This document shows positions 25,403 to 33,860 of a stretch of 35,442 bases of DNA, in pieces. Position 1 is the stretch's first letter, and each line of letters opens with the position of its first letter. The DNA is from a virus. Under the pieces are notes generated by a model, which made no database searches, was not told where the DNA came from, and was given only the letters and a program-made list of their open reading frames with translations. The stretch spans positions 1 through 35,442 of the IMG/VR virus record IMGVR_UViG_3300031260_000108. One strand, given 5' to 3'. The translations under genes and the position numbers were made by a program.

Positions 25403-25978
25403 TTAAGGGCCCTTACGGTCGCCATGGTACTCATCATAGGCCTCCCAGACCTCATCGAGTTCCCCTGCACCATATGCTTGTATGTACCTCCTGACAGTCA
25501 TGTATCCGCCACCGAGGATCTTCATGAGCTTCAGGATACTCCACCCCTCCTCAACGTGTAGCTTGTAGGCTTTATGGAGCTCAAAGATGGTGAAGGGGCG
25601 GGGATGTTCCCACCCCACCTTCAAGAATCTGCCTTCCCTGTTCACACGCCACCTGTAAGGATAATCAAGTTTCCTCACGAGTTGACGTACAGACTTCTCA
25701 CTGATCCTCAGAGTCCTCGCGATCTCAGGGATGGTGTACCCATTCTTGTAGAGTCTGTGAACAGTCCTGGTGACCTTATCCATGTCCTTGAACTTGTGGA
25801 CTAGGCCATGCTTTGACAGGACTTTCCACACTCTCCCACGGCTTACTCCGAGGGCATCACAGATCTCCTTATATTCATAGCCCTCCTCTCTCAGCCGGAC
25901 TATGGAATCCTCGATCCTCTCTGATTCTCTCTTATTCAGCTCCCACCATTCTTTTGAGGCGAATTCAGCTGTGATCAT
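25403..25978 (-). CDS. Protein with three tandem HTH motifs
   Basis: YKEICDALGVSRGRV, TIPEIARTLRISEKSV and SILKLMKILGGGYMTV. Confidence 0.8.
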   Translation of the reverse strand: MITAEFASKEWWELNKRESERIEDSIVRLREEGYEYKEICDALGVSRGRVWKVLSKHGLVHKFKDMDKVTRTVHRLYKNGYTIPEIARTLRISEKSVRQLVRKLDYPYRWRVNREGRFLKVGWEHPRPFTIFELHKAYKLHVEEGWSILKLMKILGGGYMTVRRYIQAYGAGELDEVWEAYDEYHGDRKGP

Positions 25979-25984
25979 CCCACA

Positions 25985-26554
25985 TCACCTCAATTCGTGT
26001 TGTCTGGGAGCGTTCAGGCCGTGTTCGCGGTAGCCCCAACGACGGCCACCCCCACCTGATTCATCCTCTTCAAGGTAGCCCTGACAGGAGAGGGGTGATA
26101 TGACTCTTGTCACATATTCTTCCTCGGTGAGGTGATGGCCCTTGTACTTCCCATGGTCTGTCAGGACTTCGAAGAGTTCATGTGCTGTGAGTGGCTTGTC
26201 AGAGAGTTTAAGGGCCCTGATGGTGTCAATGTATAGTTCCGCCCAGACTGTCCTGGGTGCGGGGCTCTGATGGACTTGAACATTGACGTGTGGTTCGAGA
26301 CTGAATCTTGGACCTCTTGTAGTGTTATCCACCCTCACCATACCTTCACGTTTCAGTTGTGAGAGCGTGTATGCTACCATCTTCCTGGTCGGGGAGGATC
26401 TACTGTGCATCAGGCCTTCTTCGATGATCTTTTCGCAGATACCATCACTTGAGAGGCCTATCTCATCCCCGTATTTATCGACGATGTATAGGACGGCGTT
26501 TTTAAGGTTTCTGCGTCTTAGTTTCACGTTTGTGTTGATGTGGACTGTTGTCAC
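25985..26554 (-). CDS. Tandem winged-helix DNA-binding protein
   Basis: Two wHTH-like segments (VAYTLSQLKREGMV; KPLTAHELFEVL). Confidence 0.6.
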   Translation of the reverse strand: MTTVHINTNVKLRRRNLKNAVLYIVDKYGDEIGLSSDGICEKIIEEGLMHSRSSPTRKMVAYTLSQLKREGMVRVDNTTRGPRFSLEPHVNVQVHQSPAPRTVWAELYIDTIRALKLSDKPLTAHELFEVLTDHGKYKGHHLTEEEYVTRVISPLSCQGYLEEDESGGGGRRWGYREHGLNAPRQHELR

Positions 26555-26570
26555 GACAAATCCCTTCCCT

Positions 26571-27335
26571 TTATTCTCCTATGATCCGTGGGGCGAGAAG
26601 GAGATTCGCCTTAACCCCATTGGACGAGTATTCTAATCTGATGGGTTTCTCATTGTCGATATGGATTGTGACGGTCTCAAACCTGGGTAGGATGAGTGGT
26701 TTGAGTTTTTCTATTGTGAATCGGCTTAAGTATTCTCCATCCACTCTCTCCCCATGCACATGGCGGAAGATGACCTGGAAAGGATTGTAATCATTGCATG
26801 TCTTGAGATGTAGATAGTCCTCATCAACTTTTATGTCTATACTCTCTGATGATGTGAGGGCTGCGTCTTTGAAGAAGGATGTGATGATGTCTGTGTTGAC
26901 TGTGAGGGTTGCGTTTAATTGGAATGTGTCTATTTGTGCTGTTGGTGTGGCGTATTCTGTGTCAGGGCAGGGTATTGTGAACCTGGTTTCGCCTTTCTCT
27001 GTTGACCTGGTGATGATGAGGGATGTGGTGTTCTCTTCATCATCGGTTTTGTTGGTGATGGTGATTGTGTCTTCTCTTCGTGTGAGTTTCAGGATGTTGT
27101 TGAGTTCTTCAACAGGGATTATGATTTCTTCTTCCTCTGGGACTTTGTATGTTGTGAAGAATTCTGGTGTGATCTCTATGTTGTAGTAGGTGATGTGTGA
27201 GCCGTCCATTCCGGTTATGGTGAGGGATTCTGGCGTGGCGTGGATGGTGGCGATGTCAACGTTTATCTGTGTTAACATCTGTGTTATGCTGTGAAGGTCT
27301 GATGGGTTGTCTGTCTCGAGTTTTATGGCTTTCAC
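26571..27335 (-). CDS. pcna: Viral PCNA sliding clamp
   Basis: 254 aa; ITGMDGSHI, PIRLEY and terminal LLAPRI are PCNA hallmarks. Confidence 0.92.
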   Translation of the reverse strand: MKAIKLETDNPSDLHSITQMLTQINVDIATIHATPESLTITGMDGSHITYYNIEITPEFFTTYKVPEEEEIIIPVEELNNILKLTRREDTITITNKTDDEENTTSLIITRSTEKGETRFTIPCPDTEYATPTAQIDTFQLNATLTVNTDIITSFFKDAALTSSESIDIKVDEDYLHLKTCNDYNPFQVIFRHVHGERVDGEYLSRFTIEKLKPLILPRFETVTIHIDNEKPIRLEYSSNGVKANLLLAPRIIGE

Positions 27336-27622
27336 TGGTTCATCCCTCCTATGAGGAGGTCTTCTATTGTTATTGTGTCCATTATCTCCTTTATCTTCTT
27401 GATTGACTCTGTTCTTGTCCTGTATACTCCTACTTCGAGGGTTGTCTGACTCATCCCACCGGTTGTGGGTGTGAAGTGGGGTTGGAATTCTTCGATGACT
27501 GCAATGCTGACTTTGTATCCTTTCGCGATTTTTTCGAGTGTGGGTTTGACTTTGATTGAGTACCCAAGATAGTGGGTTATTTCTTTAAATCCCCATAATC
27601 TCTCTTTTGTGTTTTTATTCAT
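27332..27622 (-). CDS. Hypothetical protein
   Basis: 96 aa, GAGGTGAGATAG RBS, overlaps pcna start. Confidence 0.7.
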   Translation of the reverse strand: MNKNTKERLWGFKEITHYLGYSIKVKPTLEKIAKGYKVSIAVIEEFQPHFTPTTGGMSQTTLEVGVYRTRTESIKKIKEIMDTITIEDLLIGGMNQ

Positions 27623-27660
27623 CTATCTCACCTCTATATATGTTTTGGCTTGTTCTTGTC

Positions 27661-27950
27661 CCGGTAACCCGGGGTTTAACATCTTTTTTGTGGGTTTCCG
27701 GGTTATTGGAGGATTCTAATGTAAAGTAACCAAGGTAACCAAGGTAACCTATATATAAAAGGTAACTTGGTAACCAAGGTAACTTAGGGGTTTGACCAAA
27801 ATTTTTTTGGTATAGGGTATCACCCCTCAGGTTCAGGTTACCTTTTGAGGAAATCGCAGAGAACTCCTTTTTACTGAAAAAAAGGCTCTCCAGGCCTCTA
27901 AAGGTAACCTCATGGTTGAGGTTACTTTGGGTTACCTTCAGGTTACCTCT
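27661..27950. repeat. Iteron-like array, probable replication origin
   Basis: About 12 GGTAAC/GGTTAC units, 9-bp tandem periodicity at 27726-27785 around ATATATAAAA, with oppositely oriented copies at 27836-27948. Confidence 0.75.
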
Positions 27951-27959
27951 TAGGTTCAC

Positions 27960-29918
27960 CTAAAAATCCTCCTCTTTTTCTAACATTTCACTTAAATCAA
28001 CAAACTTAACAAACTCATCAAAACAGATATGCATACACTTCATCACCCTCCCTGACACCTTGACAGAACCATACATCCATTCCTCACCCAGGATGTCAGA
28101 GAGGCCTTTCAACGTCAACGACAGACCAAGCGCCCTGTTCACAGCATCCTTAAAACCTCCTGTAAATACAACACGCCGCCCCTTATACCCCTCATGTAAG
28201 ACCATATAGGGTATAAGTCCATTCAACAGGACATTCTCAGCCTTCTCAGCGAAAGAGACCCTGAAAGACCCTGAAAGATCCCTTTGAACATTATATTCTT
28301 CACTGTCAACCCATTTAGCCTTCCTGACCTCATTGTTGATCTGCTCCATAATGAAGATCCTCACCTGTTCCCTGATATCATCGTCCACATCCTCAAGACT
28401 CTCTGTCTCTGACCAGCCAAGCAACCACTCAGGAGGCTCCAGGCCAGCGTCAGCATAGAATCTCAGGATGATACTGTTCGCAGCGGCCTTCCAATCATCT
28501 GTGCAGAGCTCCACGTCCTCGATGAACTCCCTGGCAGCGAATGCCCCAAGATTATTCAGAACCATGAGCGGACTCTTATGTGGCGTGTTAATCCTGAATT
28601 TCTCGTTAAACTCCTTCGAATCCTCATCATTCTTCCGCTCTGACTGGACGAAGTTAATAACCTCTAATCGTCGCAGTAATGCGTCATCTGGTGGCAGGTA
28701 ATGGTTTGAAGTGAATATGACTGGTGAGAGGCTGGGTATGTTTTTGAATACTTTACCTTCATGTCTCCCGCGTCCTATCGTTGATTCGACCATCACCTTG
28801 ATCATCTCAGCAGTGCTGGGACGATCAAAACAGGCTTTTGGTTCATTAACGATTATAGGGAATGTTGATTGGCTGATCCTATGACCTACCCTTGCTACTG
28901 TGTCGAAGCTGGATCCTCCGACATCGTTTTCACTTGTGGGGTAAGTGTAAACGTATTGACCTATCCTCGCGACGCTCGTTTTCCCTGAACCTGAAGCCCC
29001 ATAGAGGTACAGGTAGGGGAATAGTGGGGCGCCGACTTGTTTACGCACATAATTGAATGGTGCTATGATACACCATTTCAGGACTGTTGCCAGCTTCACA
29101 GGGTCATCAAAGTATTCTGAGAGACTTGAGAGTAGATCTGCACATGCCTTGATATCCTCTGCGGTGACGTCTTTGATATCATATTTGACTGAGTATATCT
29201 TTCCCTCGTTCTCGTTGTAGTAAAATCCGGGTGTGTCAACTCCCCTTTCAATCACTGCGTTTCCATTGTAGGCCATCCACCCTATTATGGTGGCCAGGAC
29301 ATCCCTGCAAACGTTGTGATAGAATATACGCCCTGATTCTTTGAGTGTTTCAATGTGATATTCGAATGGTGCTGGGCCTTCCGTGAATCTTTGTTGTGTT
29401 GGTGATATCCATTGTATCTTGATTTGTCGTGTTTCGCCTGGGAGTGGGGATTCATAGATTGATATTCTTTCAGGGTAGGCGTCTATGACTATTCTTTCCT
29501 CTGTGATTGATTTACCCTTGATGTTGATTGTCTTAATGAGCAGCACCCGGTTGTCCTTGTCGTCAAGATAGATTTCGCTGTCTCCATGGAAGGGTATGGA
29601 GATGACAGGGTCTGGTTTGTAGGATTTAATAGATTTGAGTAGTTTATCTGTTCTTTCGTCGCCGAGTAGTAGTTTGAGTGTTTTCACAGGATCCCCATCT
29701 TGGGTCTTTGATTTGATAGTTTCCTTCACAAGGGCGTTGATGTGTTCTTTTTTTGTGTATGGTTTGTTGTAATACTTTTTTATGGGTATTAAGGCATTGG
29801 TTATGTCTGTTTCTGGGATGTTATGGTCGCGCGCGAGTTGTGTGACTGCGATGATGAAGTCTTCTGAGTCAAGTGATGATGAGAAGTAGTATCCTTGCAA
29901 GGCTTCCTTGAAGTTCAT
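27960..29918 (-). CDS. Replication protein with C-terminal P-loop helicase (DUF927/SF3-like) (start revised to 29918)
   Basis: Walker A LYGASGSGKT, Walker B-like IIVNE, IFTSN and ALLRR arginine finger; next to pcna and iterons. Confidence 0.75.
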   Translation of the reverse strand: MNFKEALQGYYFSSSLDSEDFIIAVTQLARDHNIPETDITNALIPIKKYYNKPYTKKEHINALVKETIKSKTQDGDPVKTLKLLLGDERTDKLLKSIKSYKPDPVISIPFHGDSEIYLDDKDNRVLLIKTINIKGKSITEERIVIDAYPERISIYESPLPGETRQIKIQWISPTQQRFTEGPAPFEYHIETLKESGRIFYHNVCRDVLATIIGWMAYNGNAVIERGVDTPGFYYNENEGKIYSVKYDIKDVTAEDIKACADLLSSLSEYFDDPVKLATVLKWCIIAPFNYVRKQVGAPLFPYLYLYGASGSGKTSVARIGQYVYTYPTSENDVGGSSFDTVARVGHRISQSTFPIIVNEPKACFDRPSTAEMIKVMVESTIGRGRHEGKVFKNIPSLSPVIFTSNHYLPPDDALLRRLEVINFVQSERKNDEDSKEFNEKFRINTPHKSPLMVLNNLGAFAAREFIEDVELCTDDWKAAANSIILRFYADAGLEPPEWLLGWSETESLEDVDDDIREQVRIFIMEQINNEVRKAKWVDSEEYNVQRDLSGSFRVSFAEKAENVLLNGLIPYMVLHEGYKGRRVVFTGGFKDAVNRALGLSLTLKGLSDILGEEWMYGSVKVSGRVMKCMHICFDEFVKFVDLSEMLEKEEDF

Positions 29919-30064
29919 ATATTTACACCCCAACTTTTATCATGTACATTGTATTGTTTTATGTTCACATGACTTGTTGGAGTGGTAGAAACATTTATAC
30001 GACGTAAAACTAATGTAGTACTGAGGGTGGGTGGGAACTCAGTTTTCTCTGTAATCCTACTCAT
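29915..30064 (-). CDS. Unannotated 49-aa ORF MSRITEKTEFPPTLSTT...
   Basis: GGGGTGAGATAG RBS; its TGA overlaps the helicase ATG (ATGA). Confidence 0.5.
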   Translation of the reverse strand: MSRITEKTEFPPTLSTTLVLRRINVSTTPTSHVNIKQYNVHDKSWGVNI

Positions 30065-30108
30065 CTATCTCACCCCACAAACTATTTCTTTTAGATCCAT
30101 GTTTCCTC

Positions 30109-30297
30109 CTATATCAAACCCTTATTCTTTAGATATTTCTCTACATCCATATCCTCAAGGATATTATCCAGGCCATCCCTGAGGAGTTCCTGGATAGATA
30201 TCGTGACGCCATACTCATCCCTTGCAGAGTCAACTATGGCTTTTAGTTTTGAGTACTGGCTTGGCAGGACACTGACACTCGACGTTATTCGGATCAT
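30109..30297 (-). CDS. Ribbon-helix-helix regulator (start revised to 30297)
   Basis: RITSSVSVLPSQYSKLK...SIQELLRDGL. Confidence 0.65.
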   Translation of the reverse strand: MIRITSSVSVLPSQYSKLKAIVDSARDEYGVTISIQELLRDGLDNILEDMDVEKYLKNKGLI

Positions 30298-30458
30298 ATT
30301 CCCTTTTCTCACTAAATTCACCTCCTGAACAGCTTTAGTATCGACTATGACCGTGATGCATATAAATGTGTGCAATATTCCCTATGTTTATATATATCAA
30401 CCCCAATCTTAATATAAAGGCCTAAACAAATGGATATGGGCCTTGAGAGGTGAGATAG

Positions 30459-30599
30459 ATGAGATTGGAGAAAAAAACAGGGTATAAGTGCAATTGCGAC
30501 GTCGAAGCAGTGAACATCATCACAATAATATTAATTGTGATGATGATGACAGCCCTCTTCCTCATCCAGATTGAGGGCACATCAGGGGTGGTCCCATGA
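30459..30599 (+). CDS. Unannotated 46-aa single-TM peptide MRLEKKTGYKCNCDVEAVNIITIILIVMMMTALFLIQ...
   Basis: GAGGTGAGATAG RBS; hand translation. Confidence 0.7.
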   Translation: MRLEKKTGYKCNCDVEAVNIITIILIVMMMTALFLIQIEGTSGVVP

Positions 30600-30733
30600 T
30601 GGCAACTATCAAATTCGGTTTAGAATGGGGAGACAAGGTCTCACTCAAAATGGACCCGCACAGGATCATCTCTCACATCCTCCGACTGCAGGATAAAAAT
30701 GCTAAGACTCCTTCAATGATAAGGGAGGAATAA
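30596..30733 (+). CDS. Unannotated 45-aa hypothetical protein
   Basis: ATGA overlap with previous ORF; stop abuts ATG at 30734. Confidence 0.6.
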   Translation: MMATIKFGLEWGDKVSLKMDPHRIISHILRLQDKNAKTPSMIREE

Positions 30734-31501
30734 ATGATGACAAACCAACCCAACCTGCCAGAGAAACCAAGAACCACCAACCTGTTCGCCTTCGAATCAC
30801 CTGAGATGATGGTTAACACAGCGACGAAGATATCCAGGACACTCACAGATATAATAGAGGGCGCGAACCTCTACGTGGACATAAAAGGGAAAAAATATGT
30901 CACTGTAGAGGGATGGACAACCCTTGGATTCCTTGTCGGGGTCTATTCAGTCATTGAGGAGACCGAGAGGCTTGAGAGGGAGCCTCATAGTGGCCGTAAA
31001 AAGCCCGAAATAATATACAGGGCCAGGGCCACTGCAAGACGCCCTGATGGGACAGTGATAGGTGCTGCGGAGATGATCTGCAGTAGCTACGAAAAGAACT
31101 GGTATGGGAGGGATGAATATGCTATTCAATCAATGGCTGAGACGAGGGCTGTGAGCAAGGCCCTCAGGATGCCTCTTGGGTGGATCGTTAGCCTTGCAGG
31201 GTATGCTCCTACACCTGCAGAGGAGACTGACATCCTGAGGAATACGCGTAACTCTGAGACGAAGCGTAACGCGAAGACAAAGAGAGAGCCCGCTGTAGAC
31301 GCACAGGTCGTTCCAGAGATCGAGGATGAACTCTCTGACGACGAGATTGAGAGAATGAAGAAAACCCCCGCTCTCCTTGGGGTGATTGAGATACTTGAGA
31401 AGCAGGGCCGTCCTGTTACTCGAGGGAATATGAGGGAGGTGATCATGAAGAGAAATCTGAGTGATGATTACCGCGCGAAACTCCTTGCTATGTTAGAATA
31501 G
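30734..31501 (+). CDS. Probable single-strand annealing recombinase (Rad52/RecT-like superfamily)
   Basis: GKKYVTVEGW and SMAETRAVSKALR motifs with an acidic disordered C-tail. Confidence 0.55.
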   Translation: MMTNQPNLPEKPRTTNLFAFESPEMMVNTATKISRTLTDIIEGANLYVDIKGKKYVTVEGWTTLGFLVGVYSVIEETERLEREPHSGRKKPEIIYRARATARRPDGTVIGAAEMICSSYEKNWYGRDEYAIQSMAETRAVSKALRMPLGWIVSLAGYAPTPAEETDILRNTRNSETKRNAKTKREPAVDAQVVPEIEDELSDDEIERMKKTPALLGVIEILEKQGRPVTRGNMREVIMKRNLSDDYRAKLLAMLE

Positions 31502-31602
31502 GGTGATCTGGGGGCCTTATGGGGGGGGATGGGTAAAATGAGGGGCCCCCAAGTCATATAACCCAATTACATTTTTCAGCTATTTAATATTACCTATTCT
31601 AC

Positions 31603-31917
31603 TTATTCATGCTCTTCTCTGATTATATCTTCAATGATCTCCCTGTACTTTGACTCTATCAATCTGAAATCGTCATTATGCATGCTTTCGCTATTGTTTT
31701 GATGATAGTATTCGTATTCTGCTAATTCATGACAGATGAGTTCAGCGAGACCATATCTCTCCAGGCTTGCAGGGTTCCCCTCTACAATTATCAGTTTCAT
31801 TTCAGGGTAACAGTACGCTGTAGGGAGGAAGCATCTCCTCCTCTCAAACTTAACAGTGACCTCATCTAAAGATGGGATGTCCAGTTTACTCCTCAATTGC
31901 ATGAAGCGATTCATCAT
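31603..31917 (-). CDS. Small putative zinc metalloprotease-like protein
   Basis: ICHELAE...HNDDF resembles a degenerate HExxH + H..DF zincin motif. Confidence 0.5.
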   Translation of the reverse strand: MMNRFMQLRSKLDIPSLDEVTVKFERRRCFLPTAYCYPEMKLIIVEGNPASLERYGLAELICHELAEYEYYHQNNSESMHNDDFRLIESKYREIIEDIIREEHE

Positions 31918-32690
31918 TATCCTACACCATCACCACAAACTAATAGATCAGGCCTCCTTTCATGTATATGGAACGGGTTATATGAGATAAAGCAGTCCTT
32001 GTTCAGGTTACACACACCAAACCCTTCTGGACTATATGTGAGGGCACCAGCCTCAGCATAACCTGACCAGTACTTCATGAAATGACCTGACAGGACATAA
32101 ACCTTCTGAGAGACGCCCTCAGGACTCCAATAGAACTCCCTGTACGCCCCAGTCATATGGAGGTGCCCGTAAAGATACAGGTCAGCCTTAAAATTCCCAA
32201 GCTCCCTCACCAACTTCCCATACGCGAGGTAGGGTGACCTGCTACTCCCCTTTCCATGATACGCCATCACCTTAAACTGACGACCATTTACAAGGAATTC
32301 GTCATGGCACTGATACCCATACCCCACCCCAAAGTCCTCAGCAAGCAGCCGGGTCAGGTCAAGGTCATACATCCTAATAAGGCGCTCCTCATGGTTTCCC
32401 CTGCAGAAGAAAACAATATCATCACTTATTGGCTTCAAAAGATCCCTGATAAAGCATACCTGATCATCGAGGCTCATGTCCTGCTCAAAGACACTGCCAC
32501 CAACACGTTTATCAGCAGTCTCCAGGAGGTCGCCCATCATATACACACGTTTAGGGCCCTTCAATTGATTAATCGTCCTAATCGCGTACTCAATATAGTC
32601 ATAATTGCAATTCCTCGCCCCTACATGAAGATCCCCGAGTGGTATGATATGAAGGCGTCGTTTATGGTGGAGTTCATACTGATCTACCAA
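31917..32690 (-). CDS. Calcineurin-like metallophosphoesterase
   Basis: DLHVG, MMGDL, GNHE, YHG and GHLH motifs in canonical order. Confidence 0.92.
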   Translation of the reverse strand: MVDQYELHHKRRLHIIPLGDLHVGARNCNYDYIEYAIRTINQLKGPKRVYMMGDLLETADKRVGGSVFEQDMSLDDQVCFIRDLLKPISDDIVFFCRGNHEERLIRMYDLDLTRLLAEDFGVGYGYQCHDEFLVNGRQFKVMAYHGKGSSRSPYLAYGKLVRELGNFKADLYLYGHLHMTGAYREFYWSPEGVSQKVYVLSGHFMKYWSGYAEAGALTYSPEGFGVCNLNKDCFISYNPFHIHERRPDLLVCGDGVG

Positions 32691-32705
32691 TAAGACCCGC
32701 CTCCA

Positions 32706-33446
32706 CTACTTTATTAGGAGTATGCTGGGTTGTGACAGGTTATTTATCGCCTGAACTACTTGTCCTTGAGTGAACTCTCGAATCCCCTTCGTTGGGTCAG
32801 CTATCCTCACCACTCCCTTCTTCCTGTTCACGCCGACGAGGTAGACATAGTGACCGAATGCTCCACGCCAGACCACCTGACCATTCACATCAGTATCCAG
32901 GCCGGGCCTTGTGACGAGGTGGATGATCACCTCCCCACCGTTCTCGATGTGTTTGATGATTCCGGGCCATCCAATGGCGCTGAAGTACTTGAACACTGCT
33001 GTGATGTTCTTCTTGCACTTCTTCGCCGCATAATTCACCGCTTTGAGCATCCCCTTATGTGGTGTGCCTGAGTTGAGGGTCCCGGCGGCCTTGGCCAACT
33101 CATCCTCCTTTACATTGCAGCCGAGGGCGGATAGGGCCATCTGCAGGCTGCTGGGCCCGCAGGTATGGTCAGTGTCCTGGAAATCCTGCTTGAAGTACCC
33201 TGTTGTTGTCCACTCATCGCTAACCGTATCTGCCTTCACCCTGACAAAAGAGGGCTTCCTCCCAGTGGACGCCACGAAACGTTCATATCGTATCACCATA
33301 TCATTAAACACGTCCCTTGGGATCTTCCCCCCAGCTCTATCAGTAACGTAGTTAGGTTTTCTGCCCTTCTGGACCCTGAACGCCTCCCACCGACGCTTCA
33401 TATCCAGGAACTCATCTAATTTGTATTTATCCTTCATCCATCTCAC
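32706..33446 (-). CDS. Pseudomurein endoisopeptidase-like lysin (two pseudomurein-binding repeats + C39-like peptidase)
   Basis: Two N-terminal F.DM..RYE.F....GRKP.YV repeats; QDTDHTCGPSS, GHYV and IADP catalytic motifs. Confidence 0.88.
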   Translation of the reverse strand: MRWMKDKYKLDEFLDMKRRWEAFRVQKGRKPNYVTDRAGGKIPRDVFNDMVIRYERFVASTGRKPSFVRVKADTVSDEWTTTGYFKQDFQDTDHTCGPSSLQMALSALGCNVKEDELAKAAGTLNSGTPHKGMLKAVNYAAKKCKKNITAVFKYFSAIGWPGIIKHIENGGEVIIHLVTRPGLDTDVNGQVVWRGAFGHYVYLVGVNRKKGVVRIADPTKGIREFTQGQVVQAINNLSQPSILLIK

Positions 33447-33464
33447 CCCAATCTTCGTCTGTCT

Positions 33465-33854
33465 TTATTCCATACATACCCCATATTCATCGAGTATATC
33501 TTCTGGGGCCTCCCTAAGGCCCCTTGTTAAGACGTCCATCGTCGTGTTACTTAGAGACGTGATAATCATCTCCATCTCCTCAGAGTCTGCATGGAAGTAG
33601 GCATGATCTATGAGTCTGTTCGCTGCGTGGATAAACCACAGACGGTGGATCGTCCCATGCCAGAATAGTGGGGCTTCTTTTTCAAGGCGCTGGATGATAT
33701 CATTGAGAGTCATGTAATCAAGTTGATAAAGAACTGTCCTTTCAATATCAATCCAGATATATGACGTTTCATCTTTAACAAGTTGTTTCTGAAGATCATC
33801 AATGAATCCAGCTATCCTATCTATCTTCCTATACCTTTGACCTGTCAAACTCAT
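33465..33854 (-). CDS. Hypothetical protein
   Basis: 129 aa, GAGGAGG RBS, between fibre and lysin. Confidence 0.7.
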   Translation of the reverse strand: MSLTGQRYRKIDRIAGFIDDLQKQLVKDETSYIWIDIERTVLYQLDYMTLNDIIQRLEKEAPLFWHGTIHRLWFIHAANRLIDHAYFHADSEEMEMIITSLSNTTMDVLTRGLREAPEDILDEYGVCME

Positions 33855-33860
33855 TCCTCC

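Noticed and set aside
27720-27790. Iteron array as a CRISPR or guide-RNA repeat locus
   Set aside because: Units are 8-9 bp, nearly spacerless, present in both orientations and far from the csf operon
27615-27959. 114-aa ORF containing LGYLGYLGYF
   Set aside because: The peptide repeat is just the 9-bp iteron translated; no good RBS; region better explained as an origin
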